Source: Psammoneis japonica (lineage: Eukaryota). From it: DNA of 64,000 bases. Below, one piece after another: positions 23,420 through 36,500 of the stretch (positions are counted from its first letter, which is position 1; the number at the start of each line of letters is the position of its first letter). The position numbers and the translations under genes are program-made. Location of the stretch: NCBI GenBank assembly GCA_008632985.1, contig QPGO01000077.1:186001-250000 (forward strand). The letters run 5' to 3'. The notes below the pieces were generated by a model that saw nothing but the letters and a program-made list of their open reading frames with translations, had not been told where the DNA came from and made no database searches.

Positions 23420-23545
23420 TGGGGAAGCAGATTCTTTTGTCAAAATGAAGAGCATCACTGGCACTGAGGAGGGTGTTTGTGTTGCAATGTTGGAAGACAA
23501 TGGGTGGGAGTTGAAAAGATCCATTGAAACATTTTTTCAATCGGG
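23420..23545 (+). pseudogene. UBA-like domain fragment at the edge of the hypermutated domain
   Basis: 'MKSITGTEEGVCVAMLEDNGWELKRSIETFF' fits the UBA_4 pattern; the upstream part could not be reconstructed. Confidence 0.5.
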
Positions 23546-24063
23546 CCAATGGCAATGGCGCAGAAGGAGGGAGAATGAAGAGAACTGTTTTGTTTTGTTG
23601 GCTGACGCGCCTTTGTTGTGCAAGATGTTGGATTCTAAGCTCTTTACTTCTATCATAATTTATAAGCTTAAGAAAACCAGTTTTTGATCTTTGCTTTACA
23701 TTTTACCTTTTTCGGTTGTCTACAACGTGACTTGCAACACACTTGAGCCAGACGAGAGAGCACGAACTTTTGTCATGAGGTGCTCATGAGCTTTGCGGAT
23801 TTTGGGCGCTTGCGCTGTAGCTCTGTCGGTTCGTGGTCGGTTATGTTCGTGGGCCGGCCGCGGCCGCAATGGCGTCGAAGCGAAGGCGTTTCAGCGTCAC
23901 AGTATATCGAAACGAAACGGAGTGCCTCCCGTCAAGCTGATTATTGTACCTCGCTTAAAATTAGCTTGCTTCAGTTGAAGTACTGTTACGCCTGAGAGCA
24001 TACGTAGAAAGCCAACAGAGCTGCAAAGATACCTGACGATTCGACAACAACAAAAAATTGAAC

Positions 24064-25071
24064 ATGGGCGAAGAGGAAATTCGTCTAGACTGTTGGACGG
24101 GGTCGATCCCAATTGTGTTGAGTTTGGCACCGACATCACTCTCATCTCCAACAATGCCTCCTCCTATACACGTGATGCTGTCTCGAATGACTCTTTTGCA
24201 CGTGGGGCTTCGGAGCGCCGTGATGCGTCTCCACAAATTTGCTCCCGCTGTCATCTCCATCAAGGGTGGAATACGCAACGAACCTGATCCGGGTACCGAC
24301 ATGCCGTCATGTGATGAAGAGCAGACGTCGACTACCACTGTAATTGAATCTTCTACAAAAGACTATCCAGTGTGCTGGTTTGAAGATGAAGAAACACAAA
24401 TCGCGTTACGTTGGCATGTGTTTGTTGGAGTGTTGTTTGATTTGAAACGACGCAACAAGGGAAGAGCAGCACTGCCTTGGAAAATACGCTTGCATTTCAC
24501 GTCGTATCCCTCGAGTCAGATTCTACCAATCGATACGACGGACGGCGTTTGGACGACTATGGAACGCACGGTTATGAATTCTCTCAAGCAATCTCTTTTT
24601 CTGCAACACGGTTCCTCCAAAGTTGCCATGAACATGTCAAAACAGTCACACCATCGAGTATGGGATTCTATTGTTACATCAAATTATCAGTTGTATCGCC
24701 AAGTCAATCCTGATTTGCAAGCCAAATGTGCTCCTTCGGGAGGCAGAAATAGTGGGGTGCAGTCATTTCCTGTGCGACTCTTGATCGATTCCAAACCGCC
24801 AATACAACGACCGTGTCCCGCATATTGCAGAGAAACTGATGCAACAAAATCAGCTGATCAAGAGGCGCCCTATACTCTAGGAGCCTTGTTGGCAGATTGG
24901 AGTCCTGAGTTATTTGTGGTCCAGCCGGATGGATCTGTCACCCCCGAATCAAATCATGTCGTGTACTGCGTGCAAGGAATCGAACCACCATTGTCGTCAT
25001 TCATTCAAGACCTATGGTCATGTCTCTGTCACCCCGATCATTTTTTGTACATTGTCGTCACGACAAGATGA
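24064..25071 (+). CDS. ATG5: Autophagy protein 5
   Basis: 'WTGSIP', 'WFE...LRWHVFVGVLFDL', 'LPWKIRLHF', 'NSLKQS', 'VQGIEPP', 'HPDHFLYIVV'; intact and intronless. Confidence 0.93.
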   Translation: MGEEEIRLDCWTGSIPIVLSLAPTSLSSPTMPPPIHVMLSRMTLLHVGLRSAVMRLHKFAPAVISIKGGIRNEPDPGTDMPSCDEEQTSTTTVIESSTKDYPVCWFEDEETQIALRWHVFVGVLFDLKRRNKGRAALPWKIRLHFTSYPSSQILPIDTTDGVWTTMERTVMNSLKQSLFLQHGSSKVAMNMSKQSHHRVWDSIVTSNYQLYRQVNPDLQAKCAPSGGRNSGVQSFPVRLLIDSKPPIQRPCPAYCRETDATKSADQEAPYTLGALLADWSPELFVVQPDGSVTPESNHVVYCVQGIEPPLSSFIQDLWSCLCHPDHFLYIVVTTR

Positions 25072-25284
25072 TCTTACAAAGGTGGCAAAGAATGCTCTCT
25101 TTTTCCTTCGGGTGCCTCTTGCACGGTCGCTATTCAAGGCGATTTTCAGTCGGAGGTCGAACTCGTTCCTCCTGGCGTGCCACAAATGCGACAATACAAT
25201 TTTTATAGAGGCTTATCCTTTGCTTAATAGAAAGGGAGTGTGTTCATTCGTTTTTCTTGCAATATCTCTTCTGCCGGTAACTAC

Positions 25285-25289
<5 letters not shown>

Positions 25290-25319
<30 letters not shown>
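25290..25319. repeat. (CT)n microsatellite
   Basis: Seen directly between two convergent genes. Confidence 0.95.
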
Positions 25320-25320
<1 letters not shown>

Positions 25321-25366
25321 GTAGAGAGAAGTACAACTAGAATCACGTATCATATAATTTGCAGTT

Positions 25367-26894
25367 CTACTCGCTTGATGCCGTGGGCGTTTTCCCACAG
25401 ACCCACGGATGATTCTTGACCTCTATAAGCGACAAACGCTTCCGTGGATCTTCCATGAACATGCTTTGCAACAAATCAGTAGCCTCCTCGCTCACTTCTC
25501 TGTTCCAAGCTCGAAGCATCCGTCCTAGCTGCCCAGATACCACCATTCGAAACCGTGGGTCTTCTGGTAGAGCCACCTCCCACGGGGGCAATCCAACTAG
25601 CATGATGAACAGTACAACAGCAGCTGACCACAAATCCACGGCAAATCCATCAAATGCCTTGCGGCCTTCCAGCAATTCTGGGCTAGCGTAGATTGGATTA
25701 CGACCACAGTGTGCCAACGGCTTGATGAGACGACGCAAATGTCCACCAGACGCGTCTGTTACTTCACCCTCGTCTCCTGCAAACGGAACACGGAGGTACA
25801 TGCCGAAACTTGGAATAACAACGGCAGTGCGATACTTATCAACTAAAATATTCTCAAGCGTTATATCTCCATGACACAGTCCGACTCTTTGTAGATGTGC
25901 CAATGCCTATATGTGCGGTAGCAATCAAAATGCAAGAGAAAAAACAAAGCACCATGAAAATGGAAAGATTCGTTACATCATACAGCAGCAGATAGCCAGA
26001 GGAGAACACAACTCACCTCTAATATGTGTTTGAACCAATACCGTGCCATTTCTTCCGGAAATCTTCCTGCCTGACATACAAATCCAAATAAGTCACCAGA
26101 CGAGCAAAATGGCATAAATACGAGCAAGTAGTCGTCGTCTTTGAGGATATCAATGGCACCCAATAGGTGTGGATGGACGCCATCCCTTGAAACATGTTGC
26201 ATGACAGCCACTTCCTTTTCGGGATCTTCAAAATGCAGGTCTCGTATCTTTTGCCATGACATTATCTTTACAGCTGCTTTCTCCTCTGTCACCTCCCATT
26301 GTACATCGTGCATATCGTTTCGAGACTTTAGGACCGTGCACGACTTGACTACGCCGAAGATGCACTTTTTCAGTTTTCGTCCAATCCAATAGGCTCGTTC
26401 AGGAGGGCTACCGTCCGGATGTCGCTCGTAGATGACATTCTTTACCTCCAATACATCCTCTGTTACAGGATTGTACACAGCCGCATCAATGCGTTCCGCT
26501 CGTCCAACAACTGCCGGATCGAATGCCAGAGGCGCTAGAGGCGGACCTGAGTTTTCAATGTCAGTGAAGGAAGCTGCGGCATTTTCGAGAAACGCTGCTT
26601 CCCTGTTGAAATCGGGTCCACTCTTCAGTTTAGACGGTGTGACGATGATGCTTTCTCTTTCAGATCTTTTGCTACTACTGTTTTCGACTGCAAGCGGTTC
26701 CTCAGCGGACACATCAGCAGCTTCATGGTCTGCGGCAACACACAATAACCAAAGGAATGATGGAATCGGCGAAGAAGGCAGAGAAATACGATTAAAAGGA
26801 AGAATTAATAAGAACGAGAACGTATCCTCGACTCACTCATGCATGCATTGTTGAGGTCCCCACTTAATTTTGCCTCATGATTATTCACCTCCAT
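25367..26894 (-). CDS. Ser/Thr protein kinase (CAMK-like diatom family), probable pseudokinase; exons 26894-26837, 26729-26017, 25906-25367
   Basis: AAVK, HGDITLEN, YASPE and DLWS motifs; two phase-consistent GTGAGT...AG introns. Confidence 0.85.
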
Positions 26895-27516
26895 GGCGCC
26901 AGCCTGCGGTATCAAGCAACACGAACAAAGTCCTCTACTCTAGTAGGAAATGCACCTTATCAGGTAGAAGTTACAAGTGATTGTAATCATTGTGAGGCCA
27001 AATGAGATGAGAACCAGGTGCTTGACGCCAGTTTGTCACTGACACGACTGCCGAACGCGGCACGGCATGTCCGTCGCCGATTGGTCACTCAACATTAGAA
27101 AAACGCGAGCAATACCGACAAAAAGTCTCACAGTGTACTGAAGCTGCTTGTTCTGCTTTTCATCGAACACAACGTTCCCCTATCCGCGACTGTCAAGAGT
27201 CAAGAACAACTTTACTGTATCATTACAGCCTGCAAGGTTTTTGCCGTTTTCGCAAGTCGCGCGTCGCGCGCGATATGGGTCGGAGGGAGTTTTGATAGAA
27301 CCCGGAGGATGTCGATTACCACTTCAATACCTGTGGTATTGGTTTTGCGTAGAATCTACGCAGAGGCGTCATCCGCCATCCACGCACAGGCCCGTTTCGT
27401 TCGCCTCATTTTTTTTGGAACTTTGAACTTTCTACTCTAGTAGTAGAGATAGTTGTCGGAGTTGCCACAATCTAAAACGCTGAACCAACGTGTGACATCG
27501 TTCTATTCTTAAGAAA

Positions 27517-28629
27517 ATGATGGACGCCATTGTTCAGTTGCTCCGCAATGGGCTTTGCTGTGTCAAGGATTTGAATCTATTTCGCGACACCTTTCTTTAC
27601 GATCACACGCTGACTGCCTTGTACTACGACGCTCCGCCTCCCCTGAACCAAACGACACCGTTGGAAGTTTTTATCTCCGTTTGTCAGTTCTACGCCTTTG
27701 TGTCCACCACGTTAGCGGGTGTTCGTCTCGTGAGCAAATCTTGGGGCACGCTCCGTCGATTAAACACCTTGATTCGGTTGCGGGGGACACGCGCTCGACC
27801 GAAACCCAGTGTGGCCGATGTGATTGTGGACGAAAGCATTGCCAACGAACACTTGTCAACACGCCGATCGCTTTTGGTGGGCGTGTGTTTGATTTTCATC
27901 GGAGTTCCCTTTTTCTGGTTGTTTGCCAACAGCTGGCATGTTACCGAACGAGATTGGATCGGCGGCCCACTCGGACTGATTTACGCTCTCATCTCCATGG
28001 AAGTGTTTTTAGTTCCACTGCTTGTGCACATGAAGACCGACGGCGACGCACTAGTTAACAAGTCTGTTCGAATGACCAATGTATCGCAAGAATTGTTGCA
28101 AGAGGGTAAACTACAGAAAACACTAGACGAGGAAATGTACTCTTGGATTGTTCCCGGTGGCTTTAACCCGTACTGGAAGTCCAGCACGTTTGCCATTGAG
28201 TGTGTGGATGACAATATTGAAGAAAAGCTGTTGACAAAAGAAGTGGATGAGATTCAGCGGTTTGTTTCGAAACTAAAAGACTCGTCAGACGATTCGTCCA
28301 AGACAACGCTGATGGACGCTGCAATTCGGTTGCAAGACGAGGCACCCATTGTTCGAATGGAAGGACGACGCGAATATGTTTATCTCGTTATTAACTTTAT
28401 TGCGTTCTACGGCTACTTATTGGGTATTGTGGCTTACTATCACGACGAAGAACAAAATCAGGACACCTACCTTCGGCGCCTCAAGCTGGGTTTGTCCAAC
28501 GAGGACGCGGATTGGCATGGTAATTTCGCGGGAGATTTCATGTGGACAGTCGAACCAGTCCTTATTCTGTCAAGCCCCATGTTGATGTCATGGATGAAGC
28601 CGACTAGCAAAAAGATGAAACAGAATTAA
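27517..28629 (+). CDS. Uncharacterised multi-pass membrane protein (370 aa)
   Basis: Intact ORF with several hydrophobic helices and normal composition. Confidence 0.8.
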   Translation: MMDAIVQLLRNGLCCVKDLNLFRDTFLYDHTLTALYYDAPPPLNQTTPLEVFISVCQFYAFVSTTLAGVRLVSKSWGTLRRLNTLIRLRGTRARPKPSVADVIVDESIANEHLSTRRSLLVGVCLIFIGVPFFWLFANSWHVTERDWIGGPLGLIYALISMEVFLVPLLVHMKTDGDALVNKSVRMTNVSQELLQEGKLQKTLDEEMYSWIVPGGFNPYWKSSTFAIECVDDNIEEKLLTKEVDEIQRFVSKLKDSSDDSSKTTLMDAAIRLQDEAPIVRMEGRREYVYLVINFIAFYGYLLGIVAYYHDEEQNQDTYLRRLKLGLSNEDADWHGNFAGDFMWTVEPVLILSSPMLMSWMKPTSKKMKQN

Positions 28630-28789
28630 GAGATGCATTTTAAAATTCTACCAAATCCATAAAATCATTTGACTTTGGAACTGGCTCTCAGAAATGTGGG
28701 ATAGAAGCAAGCCGATGCGCAAAGAATGCTTCGTTTCCTCCAACATTTTGGCAAGTCATTGAGAATTGGTCATAGGAGATTTCAAGTGA

Positions 28790-30130
28790 AATCTTGGATG
28801 CCTGCTCATTGCCACTTGGCAAGAGAATAATCAGGCAGAAAGTTCAACAAATGCACCCCACTGGCCAATCAAGCCACAACAATTGCGAGTCAGTGTTTTC
28901 ATTCTCAAAGCTTGCAGGTGAGAAAAAAAGGAAAATTTGCCAAAGCACTGGCATTTTCTGCTGTGCAAAACAAGGGTGCACCATTGTGCTGGTCAGTGAG
29001 GAGCAATCAGGGACATTGTTGAAAGCAGCATCTCAGCAAAGACAAAGAATGCACACTGCTCTGCCTCCAGACATGGACTGTGGTCCTGCTGTGCCCAAAG
29101 CACCCAAAAAAATGCCACAAGTCCAGCCTTTCTGTTGGGTTGCACTTTGTGGTGGCAGCACACTGCTGGCAGGTGGACTCCATCATGCGGCAGACTGCCC
29201 CTTGCCACCAGCTGCAAGACAGTCAGCACAGTGTCAGGTTCATGGGGGGGGAGCAACATTTTGGCTTCTGTGTGCATGCCATGTGCATGGGGGGGCTTTT
29301 TTTCCATGTGCAAGGGCAGCCATTTTTCAAAGTCATCTCACTTCAACTCAAAAACTTGTGTGTGTAAAAAGCATGACAGACAAAACCACTGCAACCACAA
29401 ATGCCAGTGTGTGTCTCATGACCAACCTTTTCAACCATGGCAACAAGAGCTGTGATGACTTGTCAGACTGGTCAGCATGGTGAAAAAAAAAACAAAATGA
29501 GCATCGTCATCTCTCATCTTGTTTTGTTGTTTGTTCTCTCTTTTTTGCAGTGCTTTAAGATTTGCGCTGCTTTTGAGCACTGTGCTTCAGCAAACACTCC
29601 TCTGCACCTTGGTTGGATGATGGCTGGGAGAGCTGCTGCAACCTGCAGAGGGAGAGCAGCTGCTTTTTGGAGCAGCCAGTGCATTGCAACAAATGACTTT
29701 TTCTTGGCTCTGAAGACAGCTCATTTGCAGTGCCATTCCAAGAGTGCAAGCTCTTTGTCCAAGCAAGACTCTTTGCTTTTTCGAACTGGAACGATGAAAT
29801 TTTGCTTCTTTCAACGAAGCTCTCCAGGCGCAAGTGCAAAAGCCACAACAGCAAAGCTCTGAAATGACAGAATAATCCACTGCCTGCACTCACACATTGT
29901 TGTCCATCAGAGATTGGCAACTGGGCAATTGCTGCAACAAGCTCAAGCACTGGAGTCAACGGCAGCGCACCCCCATGAGCAACAAAAACGGCTGTGTCAG
30001 TTTCACACTCTGAAGCAATTTCACAACCCAGCTCTTGTGTCACTTGCTCCATTTAACCCACAGAGATCAAGGGCCAAGTCATTTGGCATTTTGCTTTGTG
30101 CAATTCATCAAGATTGTTGTGGCCACAATG
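28790..30130. mobile_element. Isolated TpA/CpG-depleted repeat remnant of unknown family
   Basis: Same compositional signature as 1-23.6 kb, lying between intact genes; no recognisable protein motif. Confidence 0.65.
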
Positions 30131-30595
30131 CATGAAAAGCGGTGACAAGATGGCTCAATTTGCACCGTCAAATGACCAAAATTGAAAATGACCGTTCTTT
30201 TCTTTTGTGGTCGTAAAAGAAGTGCTTTCGGCACTCGCACATACAACACTGTGTAAAAAATGCAAACGAACGAGCGCGGTCACCACATTGTGACCTTTGG
30301 TTGTCGAAGATTGAAGATTTATGCCGATAAAATATAAATGACAACCGATCATGAGAGACATTGTGGTCGCACGGCGGAGAATGTCCATTCCTACTTACTG
30401 GAGAGCTAGTAGATAGTCCTGTACAGGATCGTAGAGGGTCATCGGTCATCGACGACCAAAACTTGCATTGCAACCTGCACCTTGTGCATGTGCGAGCAAC
30501 GAAATAACAGGAGAGAAGAGCAATCAACGACGAAAAGCCACTGAAGAGCAATTAAGATATTGTCACAGATGAATAACAAATACCAGATTACCATA

Positions 30596-33500
30596 ATGTG
30601 GTTGAAGCTAGCACTGCTTTCCACTGCCATGCTAGTGGCTCCCGCTACCGGACAAACCCAGGGAATTGCCATTTGGTCTCAGGATCCAGGTAGCTCTCCG
30701 AGGCCTACGAAATACTCCTTGTGGAACGGAACCAACTTTCAACCTGAAGGCAACATGAACACGTCGCAATCCAACTTATGGCGTATCATTCAGGGTGCAT
30801 ATTCTGCAACACGTGACGAAGCCATTGTCATGGGAGTACAAAGTAGTAGCTCTCTCATTAGAGCCCAAGTTTACAGTGGCGGTGTGTGGGATTTTACAAG
30901 TTTTTCGCTCAGCTCGGCAACACACTCGTATTGGTGGAGCTTTGACGTTCGATACGAAACAATAAGTGGCAATGCGTTGATGGTGTGGGCCGTTGCGAGT
31001 TCGAGCACTGTGAAATACCGAACCTACGACGGTTTAAACTGGAGCAACGAAAATACGATACCGTCAGCGGACCAACCCATCACGAGCGGCCAACACAATG
31101 AACTGCACTTGGAAGCGAGCCCCAACTCCAATGAAATCATTCTTGTTGTTGGTGTCAATAACGCTAATGACTACGCAATGGTGTGGAATGGAACCCATTG
31201 GGGCGATGGCTTTGACATGTCCAATGCGGGCACGAGCGAAGTTGGAAATGTCAATGTGGCGTATGAGCAACAAACAGGAAGAGCAATTGTGGTCTTTCGT
31301 GACAAAAACGTTAACAACTTGCTATATGCTGTATGGAATGGCACATCATGGAGTAGAGGTTCTGTGACAGCACCATCAGGTGTTACAACGAGCCCTCGGT
31401 ATGTTGCAATCGGTTCAGATCCAACAAGTAATCGCATTGCGGTCGGTGTGACAAGCTTCAATTCCGACGGTAGTACCAGCGGGCTTGGCAGATATTGGGT
31501 GGGAATTTGGGATGGAAATAGCACTTGGGGTTATATTGAAAACATAATTGCGACAGGGTCCGTTAACTACCATGGTATAGCCGTAGCCTTTGAAGGCACA
31601 ACTGGTCATGCTCTTACCACTTATCAAGATGGCACTTCTACCGTAAAATACGGAACATGGGAAGGTTCCGGATGGACAACAGGAGAAACTGGCCCAAACA
31701 CTGGAAGCAGTCCAAATGCCATGATGCTCTATTCAGATCATCAAACCAACAACATAATGCTGGCTGTCCAAAACAATGGCGAGGACGTAGACTTTCGTCA
31801 ATGGAACGGAACGCATTTTGGAGACGCGAACGTACTTGGAACAACCACAGGTGAAACTAAGAACCAGCCGTTTCTCTTCATGTGGAAGCCAGCTGCCATT
31901 ACTCCGGCACCAAGTGACATTCCAAGCAACTCACCTTCGGTAGTTCCAAGCGACATTCCGAGTACTACACCCTCTTCCAGTCCTTCGGCCGTTCCAAGTG
32001 TCGCGCCATCAAATGCCCCATCGGCTCTACCAAGCGGTGTGCCATCCCTGATATTATCAGCACCAATGTTCACACAACCATCGGCGGTGCCAAGTGTAGC
32101 GCCAAGTGACAAGCCCTCAGCAGTACCATCAGCTGAGCCGAGCAACATGCCAACAGTGACGCCTTCGGTGGCGCCCTCTGCGATCCCGTCAACGACACCA
32201 AGTGCAGCGCCAACTAATGTTCCCTCACGCACTCCTTCGACCCAACCCAGTGAAGCCCCTTCTACCACCCCATCAACGGTGCCTTCTACCACTCCGTCCG
32301 CTGTGCCTAGTGCTGTTCCCAGTGACGTGCCTTCAACAAGACCATCAACAGAGCCAAGTGATGTCCCGTCACTCATCCCTTCGACGGTGCCGTCTACTAC
32401 TCCATCTACAGTCCCGAGTTTGGCTCCCAGTGACGTGCCTTCAACAATGCCATCTACAGAGCCAAGTGACGTCCCGTCTTTCACACCTTCGACGGTGCCC
32501 TCTACTGCTCCATCTACAGTCCCGAGTGCGGCTCCAAGTGACGTGCCTTCAGCAGAGCCATCGTCTGAGCCTAGTGACCTCCCGTCTGTTACCCCTTCCG
32601 CAGTGCCCTCTACTTCACCGTCTACAGTCCCGAGTGCGGCTCCAAGTGACGTGCCTTCAGCAATGCCATCGGCTGAGCCTAGTGAGCTCCCGTCTGCTAC
32701 CCCTTCCGCAGTGCCCTCCACTTCACCGTCTACAATCCCGAGTGCGGCTCCGAGTGCGGCTCCGAGTGCGGCTCCGAGTGAGGTGCCTTCAGCAGTGCCA
32801 TCGGCTGAGCCTAGTGACACCCCGTCTGGTACCCCTTCCGCAGTGCCCTCTACTTCACCGTCTACAGTCCGAGTGCGGCTCCAAGTGACGTGCCTTCAGC
32901 ATGCCATCTGCTGACCCTCTAAAAGTCCGTCTACTGTCCCGAGTGCGGCTCCAAGTGACGTGCCTTCAGCAATGCCATCGGCTGAGCCCAGTGACACCCC
33001 GTCTGTTACCCCTTCCGCAGTGCCCTCTACTAGTCCGTCTACAGTCCCGAGTGCGGCTCCAAGTGACGTGCCTTCAGCAGTGCCATCGGCTGAGCCGAGT
33101 GACACCCCGTCTGTTGCCCCTTCCGCAGGGCCCTCTACTAGTCCGTCTTCAGTCCCTAGTGCGGCTCCTAGTGACGTGCCTTCAGCAATGCCATCGGATG
33201 AGCCTAGTGACACCCCGTCTGTTACCCCTTCCGCAGTGCCCTCTACTTCACCGTCTACAGTCCCGAGTGCGGCTCCAAGTGACGTGCCTTCCGCAATGCC
33301 ATCGTCTCAGCCGAGTGACACCCCGTCTGGTACCCCTTCCGCAGTGCCCTCTACTTCACCGTCTTCAGTCCCGAGTGCGGCTCCAAGTGACGTGCCTTCA
33401 GCAATGCCATCGGCTGAGCCGAGTGACACCCCGTCTGTTACCCCTTCCGCGTGCCCTCTACTTTACCGTCTGCAGTCCCGAGTGCGGCTCCAAGTGACGT

Positions 33501-36500
33501 GCCTTCAGCAATGCCATCGGCCGAGCCTAGTGACACCCCATCTGTTACCCCCTCCGCAGTGCCCTCTACTTCACCGTCTACAGTCCCGAGTGCGGCACCA
33601 AGTGACGTGCCTTCAGCAATGCCATCGGATGAGCCTAGTGATACCCCGTCTGGTACCCCTTCCGCAGTGCCCTCTACTTCACCGTCTACAGTCCCGAGTG
33701 CGGCTCCAAGTGACGTGCCTTCAGCAATGCCATCGGCTGAGCCGAGTGACACTCCGTCTGTAACCCCTTCCGCGGTGCCCTCTACTTTACCGTCTGCAGT
33801 CCCGAGTGCGGCTCCAAGTGACGTGCCTTCAGCAATGCCATCGGCAGAGCCTAGTAACACCCCGTCTGTTACCCCTTCAGCAGTGCCCTCTACTTCTCCG
33901 TCTACAGTCCCGAGCGCGGCTCCAAGTGACGTGCCTTCAGGAGTGCCATCGGCTGACCCCTCTACTAGTCCGTCTACTGTCCCGAGTGCGGCTCCAAGTG
34001 ACGTGCCTTCAGCATTGCCATCTGCTGACCCCTCTAAAAGTCCGTCTACTGTCCCGAGTGCGGCTCCAAGTGACGTGCCTTCAGCAATGCCATCGGCTGA
34101 GCCCAGTGACACCCCGTCTGTTACCCCTTCCGCAGTGCCCTCTACTAGTCCGTCTACAGTCCCGAGTGCGGCTCCAAGTGACGTGCCTTCAGCAGTGCCA
34201 TCGGCTGAGCCGAGTGACACCCCGTCTGTTGCCCCTTCCGCAGTGCCCTCCACCAGCCCGTCTGCAGTCCCGAGTGCGTCTCCAAGTGACGTGCCTTCCG
34301 CAATGCCATCGTCGCAGCCGAGTGACACCCCGTCTGGTACCCCTTCCGCAGTGCCCTCTACTTCACCGTCTTCAGTCCCGAGTGCGGCTCCAAGTGACGT
34401 GCCTTCCGCAGTGCCATCGTCTCAGCCGAGTGACACCCCGTCTGGTACCCCTTCCGCAGTGCCCTCTACTTCACCGTCTTCAGTCCCGAGTGCGGCTCCA
34501 AGTGACGTGCCTTCAGCAATGCCATCGGCTGAGCCGAGTGACACCCCGTCTGTTACCCCTTCCGCGGTGCCCTCTACTTTACCGTCTGCAGTCCCGAGTG
34601 CGGCTCCAAGTGACGTGCCTTCAGCAATGCCATCGGCCGAGCCTAGTGACACCCCATCTGTTACCCCCTCCGCAGTGCCCTCTACTTCACCGTCTACAGT
34701 CCCGAGTGCGGCACCAAGTGACGTGCCTTCAGCAATGCCATCGGATGAGCCTAGTGATACCCCGTCTGGTACCCCTTCCGCAGTGCCCTCTACTTCACCG
34801 TCTACAGTCCCGAGTGCGGCTCCAAGTGACGTGCCTTCAGCAATGCCATCGGATGAGCCGAGTGACACTCCGTCTGTAACCCCTTCCGCGGTGCCCTCTA
34901 CTTTACCGTCTGCAGTCCCGAGTGCGGCTCCAAGTGACGTGCCTTCAGCAATGCCATCGGCAGAGCCTAGTGACACCCCGTCTGTTACCCCTTCAGCAGT
35001 GCCCTCTACTTCTCCGTCTACAGTCCCGAGCGCGGCTCCAAGTGACGTGCCTTCAGGAGTGCCATCGGCTGACCCCTCTACTAGTCCGTCTACTGTCCCG
35101 AGTGCGGCTCCAAGTGACGTGCCTTCAGCAATGCCATCGGCAGAGCCGAGTGACACCCCGTCTGTTACCCCTTCCGCAGTGCCCTCCGCTAGTCCGTCTA
35201 CAGTCCCGAGTGCGGCTCCAAGTGACGTGCCTTCAGCAGTGCCATCGGCTGAGCCGAGTGACACCCCGTCTGTTGCCCCTTCCGCAGTGCCCTCCACCAG
35301 CCCGTCTGTAGTCCCGAGTGCGTCTCCAAGTGACGTGCCTTCAGCAGTGCCATCGGCTGGGCCTAGTGACACCCCGTCTGGTACCCCTTCCGCAGTGCCC
35401 TCTACTTCACCGTCTACAGTCCCGAGTGCGGCTCCAAGTGACGTGCCTTCAGCATTGCCATCTGCTGACCCCTCTACAAGTCCGTCTACTGTCCCGAGTG
35501 CGGCTCCAAGTGACGTGCCTTCAGCAATGCCATCGGCTGAGCCCAGTGACACCCCGTCTGTTACCCCTTCCGCAGTGCCATCTACTAGTCCGTCTACAGT
35601 CCCGAGTGCGGCTCCAAGTTACGTGCCTTCAGCAGTGCCATCGGCTGAGCCGAGTGACACCCCGTCTGTTGCCCCTTCTGCAGGGCCCTCTACTAGTCCG
35701 TCTTCAGTCCCGAGTGCGGTTCCAAGTGACGTGCCTTCAGCAATGCCATCGGATGAGCCTAGTGACACCCCGTCTGTTACCCCTTCCGCAGTGCCCTCTA
35801 CTTCACCGTCTACAGTCCCGAGTGCGGCTCCAAGTGACGTGCCTTCAGCAATGCCATCGTCTCAGCCGAGTGACACCCCGTCTGCTACCCCTTCCGCAGT
35901 GCCCTCTACTTCTCCGTCTACAGTCCCGAGTGCGGCTCCAAGTGACGTGCCTTCAGCTTTGCCATCGTCTCAGCCGAGTGACACCCCGTCTGTTGCCCCT
36001 TCCGCAGTGCCCTCTACTTTTCCGTCTACAGTCCCGAGTGCGGCTCCAAGTGACGTGCCTTCAGCAGTGCCATCGGCTGAGCCCAGTGACACGCCGTCTG
36101 TTACCCCTTCCTCAGTGCCCTCTGCTAGTCCGTCTACAGTCCCGAGTGCGGCTCCAAGTGACGTGCCTTCAGCAGTGCCATCGGATGAGCCGAGTGACAC
36201 CCCGTCTGTTGCCCCTTCCGCAGTGCCCTCCACCAGCCCGTCTGCAGTCCCGAGTGCTGCTCCAAGTGACGTGCCTTCAGCAGTGCCATCGGCTGAGCCT
36301 AGTGACACCCCGTCTGCTACCCCTTCCGCAGTGCCCTCTACTAGTCCGTCTGCAGTCCCGAGTGCGGCTCCAAGTGACGTGCCTTCAGCAATGCCATCGG
36401 CTGAGCCGAGTGACACCCCGTCTGTTACCCCTTCCGCGGCGCCCTCTACTAGTCCGTCTACAGTCCCGAGTGCGGCTCCAAGTGACGTGCCTTCAGCAGT

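Larger units (their letters stand above)
1..23630. other. TpA- and CpG-depleted nested transposon graveyard (hypermutated repeat domain)
   Basis: Only 2 TA dinucleotides in bases 1-600 versus about 17 in 600 nt of ATG5 (hand counts); TG/CA excess; Tyr almost absent from ORFs; normal TA density returns abruptly at ~23635. Confidence 0.9.

Noticed and set aside
1..23630. Hundreds of Cys/His-rich ORFs in all six frames as novel metal-binding proteins
   Set aside because: By-product of TA loss: TAA/TAG stops disappear and TG/CA-rich codons (Cys, His) accumulate.
1..23630. Alternative genetic code or contaminant contig as the explanation for missing Tyr
   Set aside because: Interleaved host genes in the same contig use TAY and standard stops normally, and paired repeat copies show TA/TG and TA/CA differences.
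19050..25071. Autophagy gene cluster (VPS15 fragment near ATG5)
   Set aside because: The VPS15-like piece is a short decayed fragment among TEs; the proximity is probably coincidental.
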